A stretch of 64,000 nt of DNA from Microgenomates group bacterium Gr01-1014_5 (GTDB lineage Bacteria; Patescibacteriota; Microgenomatia; UBA8517; UBA10165). Within the stretch, counting starts at the first letter, position 1. Every line of letters starts with the position of its first letter. The notes beneath the pieces were generated by a model that was not told the origin of the DNA, made no database searches, and saw only the letters and a list, made by a program, of their open reading frames with translations. Positions 8,058 to 17,262 of this stretch are shown here, in pieces. Made by a program: the position numbers and the translations under genes. The DNA lies in contig VMGE01000004.1 in assembly GCA_007376395.1 (NCBI GenBank), positions 70,431 through 134,430 on the forward strand, in the 5' to 3' direction.

Positions 8058-9241
8058 TCAGTTAACATTGAGGAGGCGAGGATAATATCTTTAGTTGCAC
8101 GCTCAGAATTTTTAGCGCGATCTGCAAGGTAATGTGTAAATAATCTGGAAACAACGTCGCTTACACGAGGCGAGAAATGACCTTCTCTTTGTGTCTCTTC
8201 AAGTAAAACAGCTACAGTTTCTAGAAAGTCAGGTTTTGACTGGAGTCTTTTCTTTTGTATTACTACTGCGCCCTCTGCAATATAAAACTCCGGGGCCTCG
8301 TTACAGGTTGGCTGTGGTACTAGCCATGAGCTAGTTGTTCTACTAATTTGTCTTCCGTGACTTTTCCAGCTGGTTGTTAAACCGCCCAAAACATCTGGCT
8401 TTTCCCATTCGCTTACTCCTCGGTCGCTTGCTGCAGAAAAGATGATGACAAGTTTTTCTAGTTTGCCATTATTATCAGGAATTGCAGTCAGTAGAAATTC
8501 GTCGAAAAAGCCTCTATTGTTTGACGCTCCTCTTATTGCGCGTGCTTTTTCCACAATTGCCGCAACTAAAGCTTTTTGACGAGGGGTGAGCATTTTTTCA
8601 GCACTTTGGCGTTCGGCCTCTAAAAATTCTTGTTTGAGACCGCCCATGATAACTGACAGTTCTTTAACGACCGTAGTCGGTTTAATCGCTCCTGGATTTA
8701 GCAGGTCTTTTGCGTCCTTTAAAGACCTAGGGGCTTCAAAAGAAGATCGTTTAAAATATAGAGTAGGAGGTGAGAGCTCCTCCCAATCTAATCCTAGTAT
8801 TGCTGCCGTTGCAATTAAAATAGCCTGAGAATTCAAAACTCGTGACTTGTCAGCATCTTCTACTTCTATACTGGCGCTTTTACAGTAGATATATTCATAA
8901 GGTTCCGAACCTGTTGTAAGAGAGATTTTCACTATTTGCATACCTTGTCCTTTAAGACGTAGTACTCGGCTTAAAGAGTGTGCATCTTTTAGATCTTCTG
9001 GTCTAAGATAAGCAAGAGCGGTAAAAGGAGAAGAGAACTTTCCGACTCTCTGGAAAGCAACCATACTAAAAAGTTCTTCTATCTGCTGCGTAACTGTTCT
9101 TGTAAGTGGGTGTTCTGGTTTATCTTCGAAAGGAATTTTGTCTTCTGAGGTTGTGGGAATTTCGGTTTGAGGAGGCGAGAAAGATGTTTTGCGCTTCCAG
9201 CGCAGGTGATCAAAACCTCTTCTTAGAGCCTCGGCTAACAT
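8054..9241 (-). CDS. Hypothetical protein
   Basis: 395-aa ORF with its own promoter. No motif recognised. Confidence 0.75.
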   Translation of the reverse strand: MLAEALRRGFDHLRWKRKTSFSPPQTEIPTTSEDKIPFEDKPEHPLTRTVTQQIEELFSMVAFQRVGKFSSPFTALAYLRPEDLKDAHSLSRVLRLKGQGMQIVKISLTTGSEPYEYIYCKSASIEVEDADKSRVLNSQAILIATAAILGLDWEELSPPTLYFKRSSFEAPRSLKDAKDLLNPGAIKPTTVVKELSVIMGGLKQEFLEAERQSAEKMLTPRQKALVAAIVEKARAIRGASNNRGFFDEFLLTAIPDNNGKLEKLVIIFSAASDRGVSEWEKPDVLGGLTTSWKSHGRQISRTTSSWLVPQPTCNEAPEFYIAEGAVVIQKKRLQSKPDFLETVAVLLEETQREGHFSPRVSDVVSRLFTHYLADRAKNSERATKDIILASSMLTD

Positions 9242-9246
9242 AAGTT

Positions 9247-9276
9247 CTTATACGCCTTAAGAATAAGCTCTGTCAA
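9247..9276 (-). promoter_or_regulatory. Sigma70-type promoter for 8054-9241
   Basis: Minus strand TTGACA, 18-bp spacer, TATAAG, 5 nt before ATG. Confidence 0.6.
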
Positions 9277-9329
9277 CTACTATATTTGATACTTGTGATA
9301 TTTTTCACGCGTGTGGTACCTTTAGATAT

Positions 9330-10331
9330 ATGTCTCCTGCCCGAGGCCATTCTCGTATATCAGATAGTCACAGGTTGCGCGTTCGCCGTGCCAAAACTGC
9401 CTATAAACATAAAAGATCCTCGAAAGGAATTCTCGCGAAATTAATTTTTGTACTTTGCTCTGTGTTCTTTGTTATTTCAATCTGGAAACTTTTTAACTCC
9501 TGGCAAAACAGCCAATGGATTACGGGTACACGGCTAACTATTGTTGTAGCAAGTGATAATCCCAAAGTTTATTCTTATAACCCCCAGGCAGAAAAACTAG
9601 TCGTCTTCGAAATACCCGACAACACACAAATCGAGACCTCCAGGGGTTACGGTCAATGGTTTGCCGGCAGTCTTTGGAAGTTGGGAGAACAGGAAAAGCT
9701 TCGTGGCGAACTTTTGCGCGAGTCAGTGCAGAAATCCTTAGGTTTACCTATTGACGGATGGATTGAAGAAAGGGGAGAGGCTCTGTTTGCTCCCCGTAAA
9801 TTGGGAGTAATGAGCGCTCTTTTTGAGGCATTGACCACGACCAGGATAAAGTCCAACCTGACCTTTTTTGACCGCCTGCACTTATTAATGAAAGTGGGGA
9901 TTGTGGGAATTAGCGCCCGGCGCGAGATGGATCTTACCGCGACAGGTGTCTTAAAAAAGGAGAAGCTCGGCGATGGCGCAGCGGGTTTTAGTGTTATTCC
10001 CGATAAGGCAAAGCTTGCGTTTGAGGGATTGCGCGACGACCTGGTTTTCGCCGAAGAAAAAAAGGTGGTTATTGTAAATGCCTCAAAAAAATCCGGATTG
10101 GCAAATGATGTTGGGCAGATAGCCACAGTTTTGGGTATCCGTATTATTGGTGCACAGACGAGCAGTGAGAAGATAAATGAATGTGAGGTAAGAGGCGGAA
10201 AAAGCGAATTAAAAAGCTTGTCTGCCCGGCGTTTGATAAGAATTTTTGACTGTAATGAGGTGAATGTTAAAGCAGAGAGCCCACAGGATTTAGAATTGTG
10301 GCTGGGAGAAAACTTCGCAAAGAAGTTTTAA
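9330..10331 (+). CDS. Membrane-anchored LCP/LytR-C-like cell envelope protein
   Basis: Basic N-tail, one TM, C-terminal VVIVNAS...GLA...LWLGENF (LytR_C-like). Confidence 0.75.
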   Translation: MSPARGHSRISDSHRLRVRRAKTAYKHKRSSKGILAKLIFVLCSVFFVISIWKLFNSWQNSQWITGTRLTIVVASDNPKVYSYNPQAEKLVVFEIPDNTQIETSRGYGQWFAGSLWKLGEQEKLRGELLRESVQKSLGLPIDGWIEERGEALFAPRKLGVMSALFEALTTTRIKSNLTFFDRLHLLMKVGIVGISARREMDLTATGVLKKEKLGDGAAGFSVIPDKAKLAFEGLRDDLVFAEEKKVVIVNASKKSGLANDVGQIATVLGIRIIGAQTSSEKINECEVRGGKSELKSLSARRLIRIFDCNEVNVKAESPQDLELWLGENFAKKF

Positions 10332-10425
10332 GTAACAAGTAACAGGTAACAAGTTAAAACGTGGAAGGGTTCTTTGGAGTTTGATGAAATCGCAGTAATT
10401 CTTCTTACTTGTTACTTCTTACTTA
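10331..10425. repeat. Inverted heptamer arrays between convergent genes (possible terminator)
   Basis: AGTAACA AGTAACA GGTAACA ... TTCTTAC TTGTTAC TTCTTAC. Confidence 0.8.
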
Positions 10426-11145
10426 CATATCCTGCTCTTCAGTGGTCGAGACATCGGGCTTTTCATCGTGTATTAAATCAGGCGGGGTAAAGGAAATGTA
10501 CCCAGGACGCTCAGTAGAAGAAAAAGAAGGCAGATCCCGTCTTAGCTCTGAGCGTTTTGTCTCTTTAACAAAAATTTTAACCTGGTCAGCCCCTACTGCG
10601 CGGACATATGTCGAGAATTCATTTCCTTCCCGGGTTAGTTTGATTACAACCCGCGAAAGATCGTCGGGAAAACGGCCAATATATTTACCGTTCTCGGTTG
10701 TTACTGAAACCCTATGGGCGTAACACTCTAACCGGACTGGTTCACCAGCGTCCAAAGTGGAAATAACAGCCAGATCTCCTAGATGAATCAGTGTTACTGT
10801 TTTAGTTTTCCCCGGTTCTTCAATGAACAGGTTTGCGGTTGCAACTGGCGAAAAACTGTTTATCCCATTCCTCTTCATTTCTTTGACGGTACTGACAGAC
10901 ATAGCCATTTTCAACCGCTCTAAAGCTTTTAAGGCAATAGTATTATATGAGTCAATTTTTATCACCTTTTTATAATTAGCAATTGCCCGGGATAGTTTTC
11001 CTACTTCGAGATATGCACGGGAAAGACGGTTTAACGCCTCGCAATTTTTGGGGTCTTCTGCGAGGAGTTCCTCATTTAGTCTTATTGCCTCTTTCCAGTT
11101 TCCACGGAGAGCTTCATCAATCGCTTTTTGGGCAAGCTGATCCAT
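10423..11145 (-). CDS. TPR-repeat protein (start MDQLAQKA at 11145)
   Basis: AL.GNW.EA...N...EALNRL.RAY TPR helices plus FIEEPGKTK domain. Confidence 0.85.
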   Translation of the reverse strand: MDQLAQKAIDEALRGNWKEAIRLNEELLAEDPKNCEALNRLSRAYLEVGKLSRAIANYKKVIKIDSYNTIALKALERLKMAMSVSTVKEMKRNGINSFSPVATANLFIEEPGKTKTVTLIHLGDLAVISTLDAGEPVRLECYAHRVSVTTENGKYIGRFPDDLSRVVIKLTREGNEFSTYVRAVGADQVKIFVKETKRSELRRDLPSFSSTERPGYISFTPPDLIHDEKPDVSTTEEQDM

Positions 11146-11235
11146 AATTATTACCACCTTGAGTATATGTTTCTTATACACATTGTCAAGTGGAACAAAT
11201 GGAAACTGGTAACCTTCACATTGTATAATACGAAC

Positions 11236-11949
11236 ATGTCCGGACATTCAAAATGGTCGACGATTAAACGACAGAAGGGAGTCAACGATGCAAAGAAGGG
11301 ACTTATTTTTTCTAAGCTGGCGCGCGCAATTACTCTAGCCGCAAAACAGGGAGGTATTGACCCTGACGCCAACTTTAAACTCCGCTTAATTGTGGACAAG
11401 GGTAGAGAAGCAAATATGCCCAAAGAGAATATTGACCGTGCCCTTCGCGCGGCGATGGGTAAACTGGCAGGGGAGCTATATGAGGTGACGTACGAAGGGT
11501 ATGGTCCGGGAGGTGTAGCGATTCTGGTAGAGGCAACTACAGATAACAAAAACCGGACTGCGCAGGAAATTAAAAATATATTCGAAAAAGGAGAGGGGAG
11601 TTTAGGTACTCCGGGATCGGTTAGTTATCAATTTGAGCCAAAGGGTTTGATATTGGTAAATAAAGGAACGAGCGCTGATGAAACAATGTTGGCTCTGATG
11701 GAAATAGAAGGAGTAGAAAATATGGATGAAGCTGAGGATGGAATCGAAGTTATGGTTCGGCCAAACGAAGTGTTTTTAACCAAGGAAAAAATCGAACAGG
11801 CAGGAATGCAAGTCGCGTCAGCAGAAGTAACCATGCGCCCCCGAACGCCAATAAGCCTGAGTGAAGATAAAGAAAATAAAGCTCTAAAACTAATAGAAAA
11901 CCTGGACGACCAGGAGGACGTACAAAAAGTATACGTTAACATTACATGA
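11236..11949 (+). CDS. yebC: YebC/PmpR family protein (start 11236)
   Basis: MSGHSKWSTIKRQKG, NMPKENI.RA, YEGYGPGGVA, TDNKNRT, DVQKVY.N. Confidence 0.96.
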   Translation: MSGHSKWSTIKRQKGVNDAKKGLIFSKLARAITLAAKQGGIDPDANFKLRLIVDKGREANMPKENIDRALRAAMGKLAGELYEVTYEGYGPGGVAILVEATTDNKNRTAQEIKNIFEKGEGSLGTPGSVSYQFEPKGLILVNKGTSADETMLALMEIEGVENMDEAEDGIEVMVRPNEVFLTKEKIEQAGMQVASAEVTMRPRTPISLSEDKENKALKLIENLDDQEDVQKVYVNIT

Positions 11950-12755
11950 ATTTGACTAAAAGGCAAAAATTTGTTGCTGCATCCCTGTTTTTGGCTGCTG
12001 TTTCTTTTTTTGTTCAGTATGCAGATGTTGATTATCGTTATCTTGCTATAGTCGGATTTTCTTTATTAACATTGCTTTTATCGGCTTGGGCTTTAAAGGA
12101 CGGGCTAGGGAAGAGTGCCACACTGCTAACCCTTGTTTTACCGGTATTTTTTACAGCCGGCATCCAGCTTTTTTATTTGGGTTTCGAGTCGAGTAATTTT
12201 TATTTGTCTTTGCCGGAATTCTTACAAATGGGGATAAGGGGATTATTTATTCTAGGGTATGCTGTTGGTTTTTATGCTCTTCTTTTAACCGGCAATATCT
12301 ATAACGTAGCGACAGCGCGCACCATTCAGCTTTTGAGAGCGGCTCACGCGGTCGGGTTTGTTCTTTCCTTGGCAACATGTTTTTTCTTATTTAATTGGCT
12401 GTTATCTTTAAAACTTGATTTTTACGTCAATACTTTTGGAATGGGTATTATTGCCATACCGCTTTTTTCTCAGGGATTTTGGTCAATAGAGCTTGAACAC
12501 AGGTTAGGCCGGGAAGTGCTTTATCTAACAGCCTCTTTAGGTTTAATTGTTGCGGAATTTGCTGCAGTTTTGTCGTTTTGGCCGATAACTGTGCCTGTTG
12601 GCTCGCTGACTTTGACAAGCATTGTTTATATTGGCCTTGGTTTGGGTCAAGCCAAGCTCCAGCAAAGATTATTTGAAAAAACCGTACGGGAATATTTAGT
12701 CGTAGGTCTGCTTGTTTTTTCTGCCATGTTTTTAACCGCTAGATGGGGAGGCTAA
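11946..12755 (+). CDS. Polytopic membrane protein
   Basis: About nine TM segments, RTIQLLRAA motif, ATGA-coupled to yebC. Confidence 0.85.
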   Translation: MNLTKRQKFVAASLFLAAVSFFVQYADVDYRYLAIVGFSLLTLLLSAWALKDGLGKSATLLTLVLPVFFTAGIQLFYLGFESSNFYLSLPEFLQMGIRGLFILGYAVGFYALLLTGNIYNVATARTIQLLRAAHAVGFVLSLATCFFLFNWLLSLKLDFYVNTFGMGIIAIPLFSQGFWSIELEHRLGREVLYLTASLGLIVAEFAAVLSFWPITVPVGSLTLTSIVYIGLGLGQAKLQQRLFEKTVREYLVVGLLVFSAMFLTARWGG

Positions 12756-12799
12756 AACTAATTTTCAATTTAAAATTTTAAATTTTTAATGAGGACATC

Positions 12800-13115
12800 T
12801 TAACAGGGGAGAGAGGGCTCTAATGACACGTACTATCCTATAATTTATTACCGAGATTTCACGGATTACAACCGATAGTTTTCACGCAAACGCTGAAGTT
12901 GACTGCTAGTAGCCTCAATGAAGAAAACCCGAAAGCCATTTTAGCTAATTTCTAGCCACAAATGATATAGTTTGTACGCAACCACTCACTCTTTCGAGTG
13001 TGGATAAGTTTAATCGTAATTTTTAAGCGAAATAAAGTCACGACGCAAAGAGTCATACTTCAGAAGGGAGTGTGAAGTCTCAAGGCGGGTTGCTGCTATA
13101 TTCTCCTCCGGTTAA
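12800..13115. ncRNA. Candidate structured non-coding element
   Basis: No credible ORF. Ends TTAACAGGGGAGA / TCTCCTCCGGTTAA can pair; internal hairpins at 12982-13003 and about 13057-13079. Confidence 0.25.
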
Positions 13116-13176
13116 AATTGAACAACAAATCTTCTCGAGGAACAGATGTATCCAATCAAGAGAAGTAAATCACTAT

Positions 13177-13204
13177 ATGTCGCACAATGATACTTTTGCG
13201 ACGT
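13177..13204. other. Putative dif / Xer recombination site (11-6-11)
   Basis: ATGTCGCACAA-TGATAC-TTTTGCGACGT. Arms are inverted, left arm resembles the XerC arm CGCATAA, and the xer gene is 2 kb away. Confidence 0.55.
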
Positions 13205-13537
13205 ATAGTGAATCTAGGCAGAGAAGTGCTGATTCGCTCCGCTCGAATTTACAATTCTCATTTTTCAATTTTTATTGATCCTTCTTATTCCTTTTTGTTC
13301 TCTAGAAATACCCTTTATCTTATTTTAACACCTTCCGAACACTACCCGAAATCCACTCCCCTACTATGGGTTGTGTGTAAATTTCTAATATCTAATTACT
13401 AATTTCTAAACTAATAAAAAATGTTGACCTAGAATACTGAAGATGGTTAATTAGTGCTTCTTTCATCCAGACAGGCTTTCTAGGGGTCTACAGGAGCTCA
13501 CTTATTTAGACTTTGGGCGGGGGTGATATAATCGGTC

Positions 13538-14263
13538 ATGTCGATAGAAGACACTTCGTCTTGCCAAGAGAGATGGGAGATATATTCTCAAGAAAGCGCC
13601 TATGTCCGCAAAGCCCAAAAAGAAGTAGATAAAGCAAAACAGCTTCTTCCTTATCGCTTAACAACAGAGTTTCGTGATGCTAAAGGATTAACGTTTGACA
13701 ACGGAAAACCAGCAGAGGTAGTTATAGTTTTTGGAGACATAGAAATTAAAATTCCTTACAGAGCATCCACAACCAGATACAGACAATTGCTAGGGCTTGC
13801 CCTGCCGTTTCATAAGACAGGAATAACTAGAAAGGTTGAACATATAGAAGTTTATGATGATTCAGACCTTGATCGGGCAACAAGAGATAGATATTTTAGC
13901 AACACTTTACCAGACCTTAGGACTTTGATAGCCTTTGGCGGAGATTTTTTCAAACATAACGCCCACAGCTGGGAGCATTTAGCCGATGGTGGAGCTTCTT
14001 TAGCCCCTAATGATCGGGGAAAATATAACGCTGTAAATTTTAGCGTATATATCCTTGATGCCTTGACATTTACGCCTGAAAGCGTAGATTTCCGATTGGA
14101 ATGGGGAAAGTATCCTACTACAGAAAGGCTGAAGATAGACACAAGATATCTTGCAACTCTTGATGGAAAAAGGTTTCTGCATCCACAAACTCAAGACCAA
14201 TGGAGATCTGCCTTAGAACAAAACTATCAACGAGAAAAAGCTAAAAAGCCCCAAAGCCTCTAA
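13538..14263 (+). CDS. Hypothetical protein
   Basis: 241-aa ORF with a -10-like element just before the ATG. Confidence 0.75.
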   Translation: MSIEDTSSCQERWEIYSQESAYVRKAQKEVDKAKQLLPYRLTTEFRDAKGLTFDNGKPAEVVIVFGDIEIKIPYRASTTRYRQLLGLALPFHKTGITRKVEHIEVYDDSDLDRATRDRYFSNTLPDLRTLIAFGGDFFKHNAHSWEHLADGGASLAPNDRGKYNAVNFSVYILDALTFTPESVDFRLEWGKYPTTERLKIDTRYLATLDGKRFLHPQTQDQWRSALEQNYQREKAKKPQSL

Positions 14264-14364
14264 TCACTACAGGCTTGTCAAGGGAGATTATATAGGTCTT
14301 GCAATAAAATTCTCCGTTCTACGTAGAGTGATAGAAAAATAACGCGAGTGATATAATTGTAATC

Positions 14365-14994
14365 ATGAATTTAAGCCGAGACGAACGGCTAACAATTGCT
14401 TCCTACGATAATATGGCTGAGGCATGGGCGCGAGAGCATGCAACTCCTGGGTGGTGGTCTGAAGAAATTGCTAAGTTCAAAGGCTACTTACCTACCGGAA
14501 AAATAATAGAAGTCGGTTCTGGTGGTGGGCGTGACGCTAAAGAGTTGGTTGAAGCGGGTTATGGTTATGTAGGCACAGATGTCTCAAGCGGGTTGTTGGT
14601 CGAAGCGAAAAAGCTTAATCCAGGAGTGGCGTTTTTAAATCAAAGTGTTTACGAATTAGATTTTCCGGACAACAGCTTTGATGGGTTTTGGGCGTCGGCG
14701 GTTCTGCTGCATATTCCCAAAAATAGAATCGACGAGGCTTTGCAATCTTTAGGTAGAGTTGTTCGCGACAAAGGAGTTGGTTTCATCTCGGTCAAGCAAG
14801 GCGAAGGTGAAAGGATGGAGTTTGAAGAAGCTCACGCGCCAAGCGTTCACCAAAGACTATTTTCTTATTACTCAGAGGATGAGTTCAAAGACGTTCTTCT
14901 AAGAAACAACTTCACTACACTTGAGTTTTATCTAAAGCCAAGTGGCGGTAAAACTACCTGGCTGGTATTTTTCGTGCAAGCTCGGAAAATATAA
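14365..14994 (+). CDS. Class I SAM-dependent methyltransferase
   Basis: IIEVGSGGGRD, GTDVS, FDGFWASAVLLHIP. Confidence 0.92.
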   Translation: MNLSRDERLTIASYDNMAEAWAREHATPGWWSEEIAKFKGYLPTGKIIEVGSGGGRDAKELVEAGYGYVGTDVSSGLLVEAKKLNPGVAFLNQSVYELDFPDNSFDGFWASAVLLHIPKNRIDEALQSLGRVVRDKGVGFISVKQGEGERMEFEEAHAPSVHQRLFSYYSEDEFKDVLLRNNFTTLEFYLKPSGGKTTWLVFFVQARKI

Positions 14995-14998
14995 AATA

Positions 14999-15081
14999 TC
15001 CTTATGTGCCAAGTCTTCGACCCTGAGCTCAGACCGAAGGGCTATTCCACACCTGGTGTGGAATACGTTTGCACATCGGGA
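14999..15081. repeat. 55-bp palindromic element, copy 2, interrupted by a 28-bp hairpin
   Basis: TCCTTATGTGCCAAG[TCTTCGACCCTGAGCTCAGACCGAAGGG]CTATTCCACACCTGGTGTGGAATACGTTTGCACATCGGGA. Confidence 0.85.
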
Positions 15082-15222
15082 TAATATTGTTGTAAATAAG
15101 GTTGTGTCGCACCACGCACAGCGTGGTATTAGCGACGCTAAGCGTCGCACAATCTTGACCCCCTCCCCTGTTTTGGTGTAGTCTTTTCTTGTTACCTATT
15201 ACTTGTCACTTATTACTAATTT

Positions 15223-16164
15223 ATGGAACTTGCTAAAGCTCCAAAATCAGAACTTGAACGTTTAATTCAGGAGTATCTCGAATATTTGGAAGTTGAAAAG
15301 AACGTTTCTCCCCTAACTGTCCGTAATTATGCCCATTATTTGCGCAGGTTTTCAGGTTGGATGGCTGAGAGAGCGAAGCTTGCAGATATAACCCAGGATT
15401 CTGTTAGACAGTACAGGGTTTACCTCTCCAGGCTGCCGGGAGGAGATAACGGAGCTATCTCGCGCAAGACCCAAGGCTACCACATTATCGCTTTGCGCTC
15501 CTTACTCCGCTGGCTAATTAGAAACGATAGACAGGTGTTATCCCCGGACAAGATTGATTTGCCAAAATCCGAAGGGCATTCAGTCAAATTTCTTAATGGC
15601 GAACAAGTTGACCGTTTGTTAAACTCTCCGTCTTTGTTCGCAATCCAAGGCAAACGCGACAAGGCGATATTAGAGGTGCTCTTCTCTACCGGGCTGCGAG
15701 TTTCAGAGTTAACTAAACTTGATCGCGACAAGGTCGACTTAGGTCACCGCGAGTTTGGCATAATCGGCAAAGGAAACCGCAACCGGGTGGTATTTTTGTC
15801 CGGGCGGGCGGCAGAATGGATTGATAACTATTTAAAATCCCGGGATGATAACTACAAACCGTTATTTATCAGGCACAAAGGCAAAGTTGATCCTTCGACG
15901 TCGGACGAAGAAATGCGCCTTACTCCCCGCTCGGTTCAGCGCATGATTAAAAAATACGCCAGAAAAGTGAATATTCCGGTAGACGTAACGCCCCATGTCA
16001 TGCGCCATTCGTTTGCCACAGACTTACTTATGGCCGGAGCCGATTTGCGCTCAGTCCAGGAAATGTTGGGTCACAAAAACATTTCTACAACCCAAATTTA
16101 CACCCATGTTACGAACAAACAGTTGAAAGATGTACACGAATCGTTCCATGGCCGCGGAAAATAA
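15223..16164 (+). CDS. Tyrosine recombinase, XerC/XerD family
   Basis: SAM-like N-domain, RDKAILEVLFSTGLRVSEL, GKG, TPHVMRHSFATDLL, VQEMLGH, TTQIYTHV. Confidence 0.95.
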   Translation: MELAKAPKSELERLIQEYLEYLEVEKNVSPLTVRNYAHYLRRFSGWMAERAKLADITQDSVRQYRVYLSRLPGGDNGAISRKTQGYHIIALRSLLRWLIRNDRQVLSPDKIDLPKSEGHSVKFLNGEQVDRLLNSPSLFAIQGKRDKAILEVLFSTGLRVSELTKLDRDKVDLGHREFGIIGKGNRNRVVFLSGRAAEWIDNYLKSRDDNYKPLFIRHKGKVDPSTSDEEMRLTPRSVQRMIKKYARKVNIPVDVTPHVMRHSFATDLLMAGADLRSVQEMLGHKNISTTQIYTHVTNKQLKDVHESFHGRGK

Positions 16165-16208
16165 TTAACTCTTTGCAATTAACACCCAACATCTGATATT
16201 ATCAGCAA

Positions 16209-16886
16209 ATGGCCGCAAGAGCACGAAGAGTTATACCCAAGACACAGAAAATAACAAAAAGCGTAGTTGAAAGAGAAGTTGCCGAGGTAGTTCTGACCCC
16301 CCCTTTCCTTTCTCGAAACAAACTTTTCTCAAAACAAGTACTTGTCGGTTTGGCAGTTGTCCTCCTTCTGCTTTTGGTAGTTAACAAAAAACACTGGTTT
16401 GTTCCCGCAACGGTTAACGGTTTGCCAATACTCTCCCCGCAAGTAATTGTTAGACTTTACAGCGATTACCGCTCCCCGGCTGTGAGTGAACTTGTTGACG
16501 AAAGGATAATTATGGCAGAGGCGAAGAAAATGAATGTTTCGCCAAGCCGTGAGGAAATAAAAGCTAGAATGGCAGAACTTGAGACTCAAGTAGGAGGAGC
16601 AGACAGCCTTAATAAATTATTATCACAAGAAGGCACAAGCCGCACTTCATTAGAAAGAAGAATGAGTATGAGGCTAGCCCTTGAGAAAATTTATTCTAAT
16701 GAAGCAACGGTGTCTGCAGAAGAAATAGATGAATTTATAACAACGAACAAAGCTCAGTTGACGGCAAGTGATTCAGCTAGTCAAAAAACAGAGGCCGAAG
16801 CGCTTATTAAACAAGATAAGCTTGGAGCGATAATTAACCAAAAGTTTGCGGAGCTTCGCGAAAAGGCAAATATTAAAATATTCTGA
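16209..16886 (+). CDS. SurA-N/PrsA-like membrane-anchored chaperone
   Basis: One TM, ATVNG.PI, L.DE.II..EA, C-terminal ELREKANIKIF. Confidence 0.8.
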   Translation: MAARARRVIPKTQKITKSVVEREVAEVVLTPPFLSRNKLFSKQVLVGLAVVLLLLLVVNKKHWFVPATVNGLPILSPQVIVRLYSDYRSPAVSELVDERIIMAEAKKMNVSPSREEIKARMAELETQVGGADSLNKLLSQEGTSRTSLERRMSMRLALEKIYSNEATVSAEEIDEFITTNKAQLTASDSASQKTEAEALIKQDKLGAIINQKFAELREKANIKIF

Positions 16887-16916
16887 GAATATTTTAAGTC
16901 TAACTATTAAAATCTT

Positions 16917-17225
16917 CTAGACCTTTTGTTTTTTTGCTACCTTTTTAATATAGATTTTTGTGTAAAACAGTGGTGTGATTACTGGGAACGCCCAGAAAGC
17001 AAAAAGCCAGACAAGTTTATCTGTGGGATTTTTGAATTTTCGAGACAGAATATCAGACAGTACAAAGTAATATACAAAAGTCGATATCAACACAATAGTG
17101 AAGAACACAATGATATAAAACATAGTTAGGTCTGGAGACGATCCTACCACTTTAGACCCGCTTTCTTCAATTGCTCTAATTAAATTAGAATTAGGTGAGG
17201 GTACATCTGCTTTTGTTAGGTTCAC
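16917..17225 (-). CDS. Small membrane protein (PLDc-N-like)
   Basis: DIL.R.F....KLVW.....FP....LFY pattern. Upstream TTGACA on the minus strand. Confidence 0.65.
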   Translation of the reverse strand: MNLTKADVPSPNSNLIRAIEESGSKVVGSSPDLTMFYIIVFFTIVLISTFVYYFVLSDILSRKFKNPTDKLVWLFAFWAFPVITPLFYTKIYIKKVAKKQKV

Positions 17226-17262
17226 AAATTAAGTAAAGCACTCTTAGGGGTTAGTGTCAACT

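Noticed and set aside
11236-11247. Palindrome ATGTCCGGACAT giving MSGH starts on both strands
   Set aside because: Follows from the conserved YebC N-terminus. The TPR gene more plausibly starts at 11145.
12999-13007. Perfect DnaA box TGTGGATAA suggesting oriC
   Set aside because: Single box, no dnaA/dnaN nearby, and gene orientation converges here as expected for a terminus.
12800-13115. tmRNA or RNase P RNA
   Set aside because: No tRNA-like ends with T-loop and CCA, no convincing tag peptide, no GAGGAAAGUCC signature.
13072-13402. Short ORFs 13072-13278 and 13187-13402
   Set aside because: They translate heptamer arrays and the dif-like hairpin and have no protein-like features.
15223-16164. 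Prophage or integron integrase
   Set aside because: Housekeeping Xer-type sequence with no IntI-specific insertion evident, and no phage genes or attC array adjacent.
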